Shown: positions 1-11,033 of the stretch, in pieces
Layout: every line of letters starts with the position of its first letter
Position numbering within the stretch: position 1 is the stretch's first letter
Assembly (NCBI GenBank): GCA_043228905.1
Contig: JBHGNT010000016.1
Coordinates: forward strand, 14,632,001 to 14,696,000
DNA from: Azolla caroliniana
Lineage: Eukaryota > Plantae > Polypodiophyta
Direction: 5' to 3'
Length of the DNA: 64,000 bases
Translations under genes and position numbers: made by a program
Notes under the pieces: generated by a model
Told to the model about the DNA's origin: nothing
The model's input: the letters and a program-made list of their open reading frames with translations, nothing else
Database searches by the model: none

Positions 1-370
1 AGATTGAAGCCATTCGGCATAACACCAAGCCAGCTTCATTGTCTGCAAAAGAATGGTGATCTATGGACGAAATAGTCAGATTAACCATTCGAATGCACCT
101 GGCCAAAAATGTCTATTTCAACATGGAAAAGGAGACGATTGCATTCTCTTTGTGGGAGAAACTATAGGTGGTGTACGATTGCATCCAATGATAGATTGAA
201 GCCATTCGGCATAACATCAAGCCAATTTCATTGTCTGCAAAAGAATGGCGATCTATGGACGAAATAGTCTAATTGACCATTCGAATGCACCTGGCTGAAA
301 AATGTCTATTTCAGTAGGGCAAAGGAGACGATTGCATTCTCTTTGTGGGAGAAACTATAGGTGGTGTACG
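1..370 (+). repeat. 192-bp tandem duplication within element A gag
   Basis: agattgaagccattcggcataac at 1 and 193; also at 54268 and 54460. Confidence 0.9.
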
Positions 371-696
371 AGAAGAAATCCTCCTCATCAAAGTTGATAC
401 TGATTCAATTTTTTTAACATGAATATGAGAGAGACGGATCCAGCAACCTCCCACATCAACACCTTTAGTTGGATATTATCTGAACTCTACTCCTAAGGGA
501 TTAACTTCAAAGAAGAAGTTAAAGTGTGTGCCCTCCTTTCGAGCTTGCCGGCGAGTTGGGAGGTATTCTGCATGACTTTTGCCAACTGCTGTTTGAATCT
601 AAATCTAAATGAGATGATCGAACATGTCCTAATCGAGGACATTTGGCGAAAATCGATGGGACGCACCATCGATGAGTCAACAAAAGCCCACCATTC

Positions 697-2295
697 TGTC
701 GAATACGGGTCTCTAATGGATGTATTCACACCTGTCACTTTTGTACACACTAGGTTTAGGCTATTTATGTAAATAGTGAGAAGGGCAGTTGACCTAAGTT
801 AGTCAGTATATAAACTGACTTTGTAACCTAGTTTTGTAGTTGTTGAAAATATAGTTCATCTTGTGCCTAACGTCCCTCTCTCTGGCGTTCTAGTTGCATA
901 TTATTCTATGTTTTCTGTTGCCATCAAACTACCTTGCTTTTATCGGTCTATGATCTTCTCTTCAGAAGAGTGTTGATTTGTTTCGCACTAGATGGCACAT
1001 TCACAACATCTAGTATCAGAGCTTGGTGCTCTCGATTCTGCTACCGCCGTTTATCTAGTTTCCATAAGCAACTCTTCTTCTGTACACCATGAAGATCTCG
1101 GTTGGAAACTCTCTACAAGATCGTTCTCGCAAAGAGAAACACCAGCAATATTTGCACTCCACTGCTCTAAATCACCATTGAACTAAGCCAATCGACTACA
1201 CTTCACTCCTGTGATTGTAGCCGCTCGGAGTGAGTTTTCACTTCACAAGCTCTGCCTTAGTCGTACTACATTGGATTAGACAACAATCGAACAGATCACC
1301 TGATGCCAATCACTCGCCTATCATAATCACTCATAGTAGTTTGGGCCCCAGGAACAACCCCCTTTCGTGCTTCATTCAGCTAGACAACACTCAGAAAGAT
1401 TAGTTGAATATGTTCCCCTCATTGTCGCAGTCACCTGAAGCAGAATCGGCCTGGATAACTAGCACACAATCTGTGATCGATCATCTCGAAAATCGACTGT
1501 CAAAAACGAATCATCAAACTCAGGTCCAACTCGACTAGGCTAGTCAGCCGTAGTCACTCGGATCGATCTCGAAAATTCCGGTTCATCGCAATGCCTCCAA
1601 GCACATCGACGTTCGATATCACTTTCTTCGGGACTGCATCATTTCAGGAAAAATCAGGCTCAGGAAGATACCTACAGCCGACAATGTCGCAGATGGGATG
1701 ACCAAGTGTCTTTCGGTGGATCGATTTTGATCTCTTCGACACCTGATGGGCATAACAAAGAATCAGCCCGATTAAGTCGGACACTCGAGATGTTTTCAAA
1801 CAATCAACTTCAACAGTTCAAAGTTCGGTCAGTCTCTTCGACCTCAACTAGTCCAGTCTTTTGTTTCTTGAAGTTTGCCGACTTGAACGAAATTTCGATT
1901 TGTTAGAAAACCTTGTATTAATCTATATTGTACACTTATTTCAATACTAAAGACTTCGGATGTATACGCCCATTACGGGGGAGTGTCGAATACGGGTCTC
2001 TAATGGACGTATTCACACCTGTCACATTTGTACACACTAGGTTTAGGCTATTTATGTAAATAGTGAGAAGGGCATTTGCCCTAAGTTAGTCAGTATATAA
2101 ACTAACTTTGTAACCTCATTTTGTAGTTGTTGAAAATATAGTTCATCTTGTGCCTAACGTCCCTCTCTCTGGCGTTCTAGTTACATATTATTCTCTGTTT
2201 TCTGTTGCCATCAAACTACCCAGCTTATATCAGTCTATGATCTTCTCTTCAGAAGAGTGTTTATTTGTTTTGCACTAGACAGCGCGTTCACAACA
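697..2295 (+). mobile_element. Element M: 1.6-kb non-autonomous (TRIM-like) Copia derivative
   Basis: 312-bp LTRs at 697-1008 and 1984-2295 (TG..CA), TSD CATTC, PBS-like TAGTATCAGAGC, PPT TACGGGGGAG. The only coding remnant is an RNaseH tail, KHIDVRYHFLRD (~1600-1750). Confidence 0.93.
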
Positions 2296-3615
2296 CATTC
2301 AACCGAGTCGATCGAACTATCCAATCAATTGAGAGAACAAGTCGAAAGAACCGGTCAAAACACTAGTCGACCAAGAAAGAGGGGAGATCGACAACGGTCA
2401 AAGTCAAGGAATAGTCAACCAAGTGACTTCTACACCCACTGCAGAAAAGTTGGTCATAATGTTTCCGACTGCTAGTCAATTAAAAGAAAGGAGAACCGTT
2501 CTCTAGTCAGTAACCAAATCAATGTTGTTGACTCCTAATCAGGAAAAATCCTCTCTCTAGAGGACTCGATGATTGGAGAAGTCCTCTGCAATGTGCAAGA
2601 CACACTAACATGGCTACTGGACTCCGGTACCACATTTCACGAGACCCCAAATATCTAATGATTTTCGAACTATTCAGCCAAAATTGACGGCACTATCCAA
2701 CTCGGCAATGGGCAAGAATGCAAAAATTGTCAAAATCCGCAAACTACCAAATTGTACTGCCGAATACAATTGTCCTGCACCATGTCCGGCATGTACCTGA
2801 GCTCAAAAGGAGTTTGGTCTCCATCAGCATGTTAGTAGAAGATGGGTACCGAACAACTCTCATCGAGTTGTCATGGATGATCAACCGAGCAAACATGAAA
2901 GTCAGGAATGGATGCAAGCACAACAACTTGTATCCATTAATGGCGATCAATCTAGAGGGCACGTTGAATGTAGTCGAATCGACCGACTCAAACCTATGGC
3001 ATGGCCGGCTCGGCCATAATCAATTTGTAATCGTCAAGAGCAATACGGCTCCAAATGTTGCAGGCATTATGGTCAGGCAAACTGTCGAACTACGACAGGC
3101 TCCGTATATTCGGATGCGAAGCCAATGCATTCATCCCCAGGGATAAGAGGACTGTTGAGAGACAAGCTCAACATCGGCCGGATCGGCTGAAGAAGCCGAG
3201 GACCGGATCGGTTGGGACCGATCGGTTAGGCTGAGTGTGTAAACCAAGAGGCCGTTAGGAAAGATATTCCGTGAGGAATATATTTGGGAGTTAGTGTAGG
3301 AGCTCTTAATGAGCATTGAAGTACCGGCAGTACTTCAGTCAGTCCTTCGAGGACTTGTATAAAAGTGTTCATGGAACACACATGTGTATAGAGTAGTGAA
3401 TCGAGATCTTTTGTTGTTGAATATTGTTCTTCTTTCTCTCTTTGTCTCTCCCGAGTATACTGTGTAAGCTCAACCTCTCCATTAAACCTGAGTTTTCTAT
3501 CTTCTGTTCGGTCTTCATACTTGCTTCCGCACGCTACTTTCTACATGGTATCAGAGCGCGAGGGTTGAGAACCTCTCTGCAGCCGACATAGTGACGAAGA
3601 AGAATAAGAAGAACG

Positions 3616-4689
3616 ATGGATAGAGGCATGGCGAGCTCGCTTCCAACAGAGAAGCTCGACAGAACGAACTACACGTCTTGGTCCTACAAGATGCACCAGT
3701 ACCTGCTCGGGCACGGCTACTGGAGTTATGTCGAAGGAGCTAATGACGCGGCACGTGAATCGACACACAAAGACTTCCCGTCGTGGGAGCAATCGGCGAG
3801 CAGGGTATTATACTGCTTCGCATTGTGTGTGGGCGAACAGCTATTGAGCTATGTCCGGGATGCAAAGACGCCAAAGGGTGCGTGGGAAAATCTGAAGAAG
3901 ATTTTCACCGCGAGCACCATAGCCAGGAAGCTCCAGCTCCTACAGGAGTTGAGCAACCTACGACAACGTGACTTGTCCGTGGCGGACTATACCTCGAAGA
4001 TCAAGGATATCTGCGACTCCCTCGCCTCCATAGAGGTGAACATCGAGGAGAGCGAGATGGTCCAGATCTATCTCGGAGGTTTGGCGTCGACATTCGGAGC
4101 GTTCCGAACGGTTGTGTGTACCCAGGAGAATACGTCGTCCTTTTTCGACTTACAGTCGATGCTCCTGGTAGAGGAGAACCACGCGGGTGCGTCGACGATC
4201 ACGCACACCGACAGCAAGATGTTGTACACGAAGGGAGAAAGGCCCCGTGGTCGTGGCGGACGAGGTGAGTCGGTACGCAATGGAAGCGGCCGACGAGATC
4301 AAGTAAGAAGGCACCGAAGTGATGCCGACAGCAACTCCGGACCCTCCGGAAACAGGGGGAGTCGAAGCGATGAGAACCCGCAAGGGAAGGCCATCGCAGA
4401 GTGCTGGTACTGTGGCAAGAAAGGCCACAGGGAAAGTGAGTGCTGGAAGAAGCGCGCCGATTCGGAGAGAACCGGTTCCAGAAACGACTCCGGACATACC
4501 AACAAGGGAAATCGGCAGCGATCGCACTACGCCGAAGACTCCGGGAGAGCCGGAGAAGGGACTGCCTTCGTGACAAGACACGAAGCAAACTCAATGAAGC
4601 AGACCACCCCGAGATCGGACGAGGTGTGGTACGTAGACTCTGGCGCGTCAAACCACATGACCTTTAAAAACCGATACAACCTGGAGTAG
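3616..4689 (+). pseudogene. Element B gag and protease N-terminus
   Basis: Copia gag, CCHC knuckle CWYCGKKGHRESEC and protease WYVDSGASNHMT, followed by a frameshift. Confidence 0.9.
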
Positions 4690-4841
4690 TCGCAACTGGA
4701 GACGACACTCCGCATCCGATCGCAAATGTCGGAGAAGTTCCCCTTAGCCATGTCGGGCAGAAAGGGAAACTCATGAACGTGTTGCACGTCCCGACAATCA
4801 CGAAGAACTTGGTCTCGGTCGGATAGATCGTCGACCAAGGG

Positions 4842-6515
4842 ATGGAGGTTCGGTTTACAAACCTCGGGTGCTTCATTGAGGAAGAAGGCCGTGTGATGGC
4901 GCAAGGGCGCAGAGACGGGAGGATGTTCATCCTCGACTCCACTGACGGCGGCATCGCAATGTTCGCGAAGGGAAGAAAAACCGAGTCGGACATCGACTTG
5001 TGGCACAAGCGGATAGGCCACGTCAACTACCAGCGGCTTCAAGATCTGCAATCGAAACAGGTAGTGTTCGGATTGCCCAAGTTTAGTGGCCGAAAGGCAC
5101 AAATTTGTGAAGCCTGCCAGCTCGGGAAGCAACACCGACTTCCTTTCCCCAACGAGCGAAACCGGAGCCGGAACAAGCTCGACCTTATACACTCCGATGT
5201 GTGGGGGCCGGCACAAAACGTTAGTCTTGGCGGGAGCCGATATTTCATCTCCTTCATCGACGACCACACGCGGCACACGTGGATCTACCTCATTGAGAGG
5301 AAGAGCGAAGTCTTCGACTGTTTCCGTGACCTCAAAGGGTTCGTGGATACGGAAATGGGACGAAAGATCAAGTGACTGCGGTCGGATGGCGGAAAAGAGT
5401 ACTTTTCCGGTCAATTCAATGGTTATCTACAACAAATGGGAATTCGGCGCGAATTCAGTTGTAGATACACGCCGGAGCAGAACGGTGTGGCCGAGAGGAA
5501 GAATCGGTCAGTTGTGGAAGCGGCACGGGCAATGCTGGAGGAGAAGAGCTTGCCCAAGCTCTACTGGGCCGAAGCGGTAAGGACTGCGATATATATCCAG
5601 AACCGGATCGGAGACAAAGTGTCGGCGCACAAGCTATATTTCGGAACGAAGCCGAACTTGCGACACTTGAGGGTGTTCGGTAGCATTGCGTATGTGCATG
5701 TACCGAAGGAGAAAAGGAGGAAGCTGGACGCAAAGGCCGAGAAATGCATCTTGGTCGGTTACTCGGACGAGCAGAAGGGTTATAAGTGCTATAACCCTCG
5801 CACCAAACAAGCGCGTGTTAGCCACGACCTTGTGTTTGACGAGTCCGCGTCCTGGTACCAGCCCCCGACTCCGAACCCCGACTCCAATCTGAGTTCTAAC
5901 GATGAGGTTAGCGAGGCCGAGATGCCTCCGAGTGAGCCCAAAATCGAGACCTGTGAAGAGAGTCCGATTTCACTCCGTTTAACTGGACCGATTGGACGAC
6001 TGAGTCGGTACGACCAGTCCGATGAAGAGCCGGCGATCAGTGGAGACTCGGTCGTGCATTCCCCGCGTAGGAAGCCGAGGAGACGGCTTACGCGCAAAGA
6101 GAAAGGGAAGAAGAAGGTGTCGGATTCCGGTGACGGGTCTTTAAAAGTGAAAACCGTGTCGACCGAGAAGGCCTCGACATCGGCTAATGTGAGATTACGC
6201 CGGTCTACCCGCCAGAAGAATCATGTTTTGCGGTTCGGATACAATGAGTACATGGCGCATCATTATGCGTACATGACCCGTGTAGCGGAAGTGCGTGAGC
6301 CGGAGAGCTACGCAGAAGCGGCTAAAGACGCGAATTGGCGTGCCGCGATGGAGGAAGAGATGCACGCATTGGCGGAGAACGAGACCTGGGACCTAGTTGG
6401 CACACCAACAGGGGTAAAACCGATCGGGTGTAGGTGGGTGTACAAGGTCAAGTACAACACCGATGGCTCAGTCAACCGGTACAAGGCTCGGTCAACCGGT
6501 ACAAGGCTCGGCTAG
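4842..6515 (+). pseudogene. Element B GAG-pre-integrase, integrase and RT start
   Basis: LWHKRIGH, CEACQLGK, HSDVWGP and QNGVAERKNR motifs. In-frame stop at 5373; a 20-bp duplication at 6471-6510 shifts the frame. Confidence 0.9.
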
Positions 6516-6580
6516 TGGCAAAGGGCTACACGTAGAAACACGGCATCGACTACGATGAAACTTTTGCGCCGGTCGCAAAA

Positions 6581-8386
6581 ATGACGACCGTCCGTGTTTT
6601 GCTCGCAGTAGCCGCGGCCAAGGGGTGGCACCTACATCAAATGGATGTAAAGAATGCGTTCCTGCAAGGTGACCTTGAGGAACAGGTGTACATGGTACAG
6701 CCTCCCGGATTTCACTCGGGAACGAACTCCTCGGCAGTATGCCGACTGAAGAAGTCCCTTTACGGACTGAAGCAAGCCCCGTGTGCTTGGAACGCGAAGA
6801 TCACGCAACAACTGCGTCGGATGGGCTTCATCACGTCAAAATCGGACTCTTCCCTGTTCATCCGGAAAGGTCGACTCGCACCGGTTAGTATTTTACTATA
6901 TGTTGATGACTTGGTCATCACCGGCGCCGACCTAGGTGAAATCGACCGCGTGAAGCTTCAGCTTGCGGCATCGTTCAACATGAAGGATCTGGGGGACCTT
7001 CATTACTTCCTCGGGATCGAAGTGAGCCGTACCCCCGAAGGCATATTGATCAGCCAACGTCATTACGTGTTGAGTATGCTCTTCAAATTCGGGATGGCCG
7101 ACTGTAAGTTCGTCTCGACTCCTCTGGACAGAACCGTCAAGCTTCGTCCCGATACGGGAAAGGTATGCGACCCGACGAGGTTCCGACAAATTGTCGGAAG
7201 CCTCATATACTTGACCATCACCCAACCCGACCTCAGTTATCCGGTCGGAGTGATCAGTCAATTCATGGTGCGACCTACCGAGGAGCACCTTCAGTGTGCG
7301 CAACGCATACTTCGGTATATCAACGACACTAAGGACCGGGGACTGCTATATCGAACCGGTGCAGCCGCGCAGTTAGTCGGCTACACCGATGTTGATTGGG
7401 CTGGCAACGCCGCCGATCGCCGATCCACGTCTGGATACGCGTTCTCCCTCGGGAGTGCCGCGATCGCGTGGAGCAGTAAGAAGCAGCCGACAGTTGCATT
7501 GTCGAGCACCGAAGCTGAATACCGAGGAGCGGCTGTCGCGACATGCGAAGCCATATGGTTGAAGCGGCTACTTAAGGATCTGCAGGTGGAGGTGTCCGAT
7601 CCAACGACGATCTACTGCGACAACCTCAGCAGCATCCAGCTCGTGAAAAACCCCATTTTCCACGCACGGACCAAGCACATTGAGGTGCACTACCATTTCG
7701 TCCGTGAGCGTGTCCTTTCCGGTGAAGTCGAACTTCAGTACGTTCCGACGGATCGGCAGACTACCGACATCTTCACCAAGCCTCTTGGTCTAGACAAGTT
7801 GCAACAATTCTCAGGTGCGCTCGGGTTGCGTCACCTTGACGTGCCGAACTTGAGGGGGAGAACAGTCCCGAACGACCAAGCAAGGCAGCAGGAAAGGAGC
7901 GGAGACCGCGACACCGAGTCGATTGTCGAGTTCGACTTCGGATCGGCTGAAGAAGCCGAGGACGGACCCGCGGGGAAGTCCGGAAGCAGACAAAAGGGGA
8001 GCAACCGAAGGAGAGAGCCAAAGCCAACCACGCATGGGGAAGATGACGCCATCGAGGGCGAGAAGACCGAAGACGAGTTGGAGACAGCCAACTCGGACGA
8101 GAGCGAAAACCGATCGGAGGTAGCCGAGTCGGTTCGGATGTTTGATTCAGACACGCTAAATCAACCGAGGCCCAAGCGGAAGAAAAGGAAGCAGGAGAAG
8201 CGTCAACACCGCAACAACAGAAGAGCTGATAAGGGCCGCATGAGCAGACAAGCCGACCGGAAGGGTCGAAGCGCGCGGAGTCGAACAGGTCGAGGAGCCC
8301 GAGCGAGGCGTGAAGCCAAGAGGAACCGGAGCTGTGAGCCCGATGATCCCGAAGAGCCTCGAGTTGAGCTTGAGGGGGAGTGTTGA
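6581..8386 (+). CDS. Element B reverse transcriptase, RNase H and charged C-terminal extension
   Basis: QMDVKNAFL, LYGLKQA, YVDDL, AEYR and KHIEVHYHFVRE motifs. The ORF runs through the PPT and stops inside the 3' LTR. Confidence 0.9.
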   Translation: MTTVRVLLAVAAAKGWHLHQMDVKNAFLQGDLEEQVYMVQPPGFHSGTNSSAVCRLKKSLYGLKQAPCAWNAKITQQLRRMGFITSKSDSSLFIRKGRLAPVSILLYVDDLVITGADLGEIDRVKLQLAASFNMKDLGDLHYFLGIEVSRTPEGILISQRHYVLSMLFKFGMADCKFVSTPLDRTVKLRPDTGKVCDPTRFRQIVGSLIYLTITQPDLSYPVGVISQFMVRPTEEHLQCAQRILRYINDTKDRGLLYRTGAAAQLVGYTDVDWAGNAADRRSTSGYAFSLGSAAIAWSSKKQPTVALSSTEAEYRGAAVATCEAIWLKRLLKDLQVEVSDPTTIYCDNLSSIQLVKNPIFHARTKHIEVHYHFVRERVLSGEVELQYVPTDRQTTDIFTKPLGLDKLQQFSGALGLRHLDVPNLRGRTVPNDQARQQERSGDRDTESIVEFDFGSAEEAEDGPAGKSGSRQKGSNRRREPKPTTHGEDDAIEGEKTEDELETANSDESENRSEVAESVRMFDSDTLNQPRPKRKKRKQEKRQHRNNRRADKGRMSRQADRKGRSARSRTGRGARARREAKRNRSCEPDDPEEPRVELEGEC

Positions 8387-10501
8387 GAGACAAGCTCAAC
8401 ATCGGCCAGATCGGCTGAAGAAGCCGAGGACCGGATCGGTTGGGACTGATCGGTTAGGCCGAGTGCGTAAACTGGGAGGCCGTTAGGAAAGATATTCCGT
8501 GAGGAATATATTTGGGAGTTAGTGTAGGAGCTCTTAATGAGCATTGAAGTACCGTCAGTACTTCAGTCAGTCCTTCGAGGACTTGTATAAAAGTGTTCAT
8601 GGAACACACATGTGTATAGAGTAGTGAATCGAGATCTTTTGTTGTTGAATATTGTTCTTCTTTCTCTCTCTGTCTCTCCCGAGTATACTGCGTAAGCTCA
8701 ACCTCTCCATTAAACCTGAGTTTTCTATCTTCTGTTCGGTCTTCATACTTGCTTCCGCACGATACTTTCTACAAGGACCAAGTTGGCACCCCATGCACTT
8801 AAGTGTATATTTCTTGGTTATGGAAGTGATGGGGACTTTGGCTATCAGTTGTGGGACCCAAAGAACCGGAAATTGATCCGGAGTAGTGACGTAGTTTTCA
8901 ATGAAGACTTAATTCCCTCTCAATGAAACCAACTAAAAATGTCTCCTTCAATATCGACAGAGATGCTAGTACAAATATGTATGTCATTCAGGCAAGCCCA
9001 AATACAAAGTTCAGCTCATCGTAAAGGGATTCAAACAAGAACATGGGGTCGCCTACAATGAGATATTCTCACTAGTAGTCAAGATGATCTCCTTTTGATT
9101 CCTACTTGGGGTCATGGCGATTGAAGACCAAGAGCTCAAGCAGTTGGACATTAAAGACGACATCCCTACATGGAGACTTGGTAGAAGACATCTATATGTC
9201 TCAACCGGCAAGCTTCACAACGATGGGGGAGGAAGGTCACCTCGTATGTCTATTAAAGAAAAGCATGTATGGCTTAAAACAATCGCCGAGGATGCGGTAT
9301 TAGAAATTTGATACCTACATTCGGCAACTCGACTACTGCCGGTCCGACTTCGACGCTTGTATGTATATTCAACAATTGGCAAAAGAGTCCCGTATCTATC
9401 TAATCCTATATGTCAATGACATGCTCATTGCAGGGACCAATCAAGTATAGATCGGAAAACTAAAGCGGAGCCTTCACGACAAAATTGTGAATCATGAAGA
9501 AACTCATGCAAGCCCAACACATGTTGGGAATGAGGATCGAGGGAAATCGGATGACAAATACTCTTTGACTCTCCCAATCTGACTACATTCATAAGGTGTG
9601 GAAGCGCTTCAGCATGAAGAACCTGAAGCCAGCATCGACTCCGCTACCAACGTTGATCAGACTATCGAACAAAGACTCTCCTTCGATAGGTGAGGACAGA
9701 AGGCTCAATGGAAAGATACCCTACACATCGCCCGTAGGAAGTATCATGTACGCAATGGTGGCGACCTGGCCCGACCTTGCCTATGTCGTAGGGGTCATTA
9801 GTCAATACATGTCAAACCCAGGATGGAAGCATTGGGTGGTTGTCAAGCACATCTTTAGGTATCTCAGAGGAACCAAGGATGCACGTCCTACTTTCCAATC
9901 GGCCAATCCGACCAAAGTTGAAGGCTATACTGACTCCGACTATGCCGGAAATACGGATAATTGGAAGTCGATATCAAGCTATCTTTTCACATATGGTGGT
10001 CGAAGCTTCAAGAGTGCACAACACTATCTACCACATAGGCTAAGTGCATAGCAGCATCGGAGGCAACGAAGGAAGCCATCTATCTGCATCAACTGTCAAT
10101 TAACTTTTCGGTGACAAGACAAATCGACCATCCAATGTCAATCATTTATTGCAACTCTCAAAACTCTATACACCTCATTTAAAATCCAATCTATCATGTA
10201 AAGAAAAAACACATTGAGGTGCGGTTTCATCATATCCATGAGCTCCTAACAGAGAAAAAGCTCGAAGTCCAAACAATCAACACCAAGGTGAATATTGTCG
10301 ATTGCCTGACAATGCAACTTCCAGATCAACATTTCAAAACACTGAAGACAATGATGGGGCTAGGACAAGAGCCCGAGCAGAAAGAAGCCAACGAACAACA
10401 GCAGAAGGGAAGATGAAGGTCGACCCAGTCGGACGAACCAAGAAGGCAAAATCCAAAGAGTCGGAATACCGGGAAGATGAAGATGCAACACTGAGCGAGG
10501 A

Positions 10502-10563
10502 TGTTAGGGGCATGACCATGTAATATCCCATGGTGAGAATTTACCATAGCATTCTATACACGT
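10502..10563 (+). repeat. 62-bp U3-end stub of the element C LTR, inverted relative to 24225-24286
   Basis: Reverse complement of 24225-24286 with about 5 mismatches; preceded by GAGGA. Confidence 0.9.
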
Positions 10564-11033
10564 TGTTGTGCCTTTCGGCGCCGGATCGTTGCGTGAGTCC
10601 GGTGGGAACAGCCGGGGTTTTGGACTAGGAGGAGGAAGAATTTGAGGCTAATCTAGTTATGAGTAGATTACAAGAAAGAGATATAGAAACTTGTGAATCC
10701 CACAAGTATAGATTATTAGATTTATTACTATTTAGAATCCTAATAACAATTTATCATAGATTGGAAGAGATAGATTATATAAAACTTCGTGAATCCCACG
10801 ATTATATTTTATTAATTGATGTTTTAGGAAATATATCCAATTTCCAAATATTCCACACCCCCCTTTACATTGTGCTCCCCATCCTTATATAATGATGAGA
10901 GAGTCTTCACAATCCATGTTTTTTCGCACACTTACCCTTAGACAATGTCTTAGAATTGTGAGGTACACGTAAAAATACCTTCTGTCCAGGGTGGAATACA
11001 TAAAGTTGCCTAGGATGATCGACATAAAAACGT
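10564..11033 (-). mobile_element. Element D: partial LTR of an ACGY-targeting Gypsy-type element
   Basis: Starts TGT(T/C)GTG after ACGT. Its terminal segment resembles the reverse complement of the E LTR end and the F LTR end. Truncated by E. Confidence 0.6.

Larger units (their letters stand above)
3153..8773 (+). mobile_element. Element B: full-length Ty1/Copia retrotransposon with disabled ORF
   Basis: 393-bp LTRs at 3153-3545 and 8381-8773 (about 11 mismatches), TSD AGGAC, PBS TGGTATCAGAGC (3546), PPT TGAGGGGGAG. The empty site is visible in the paralog at ~57975. Confidence 0.97.
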
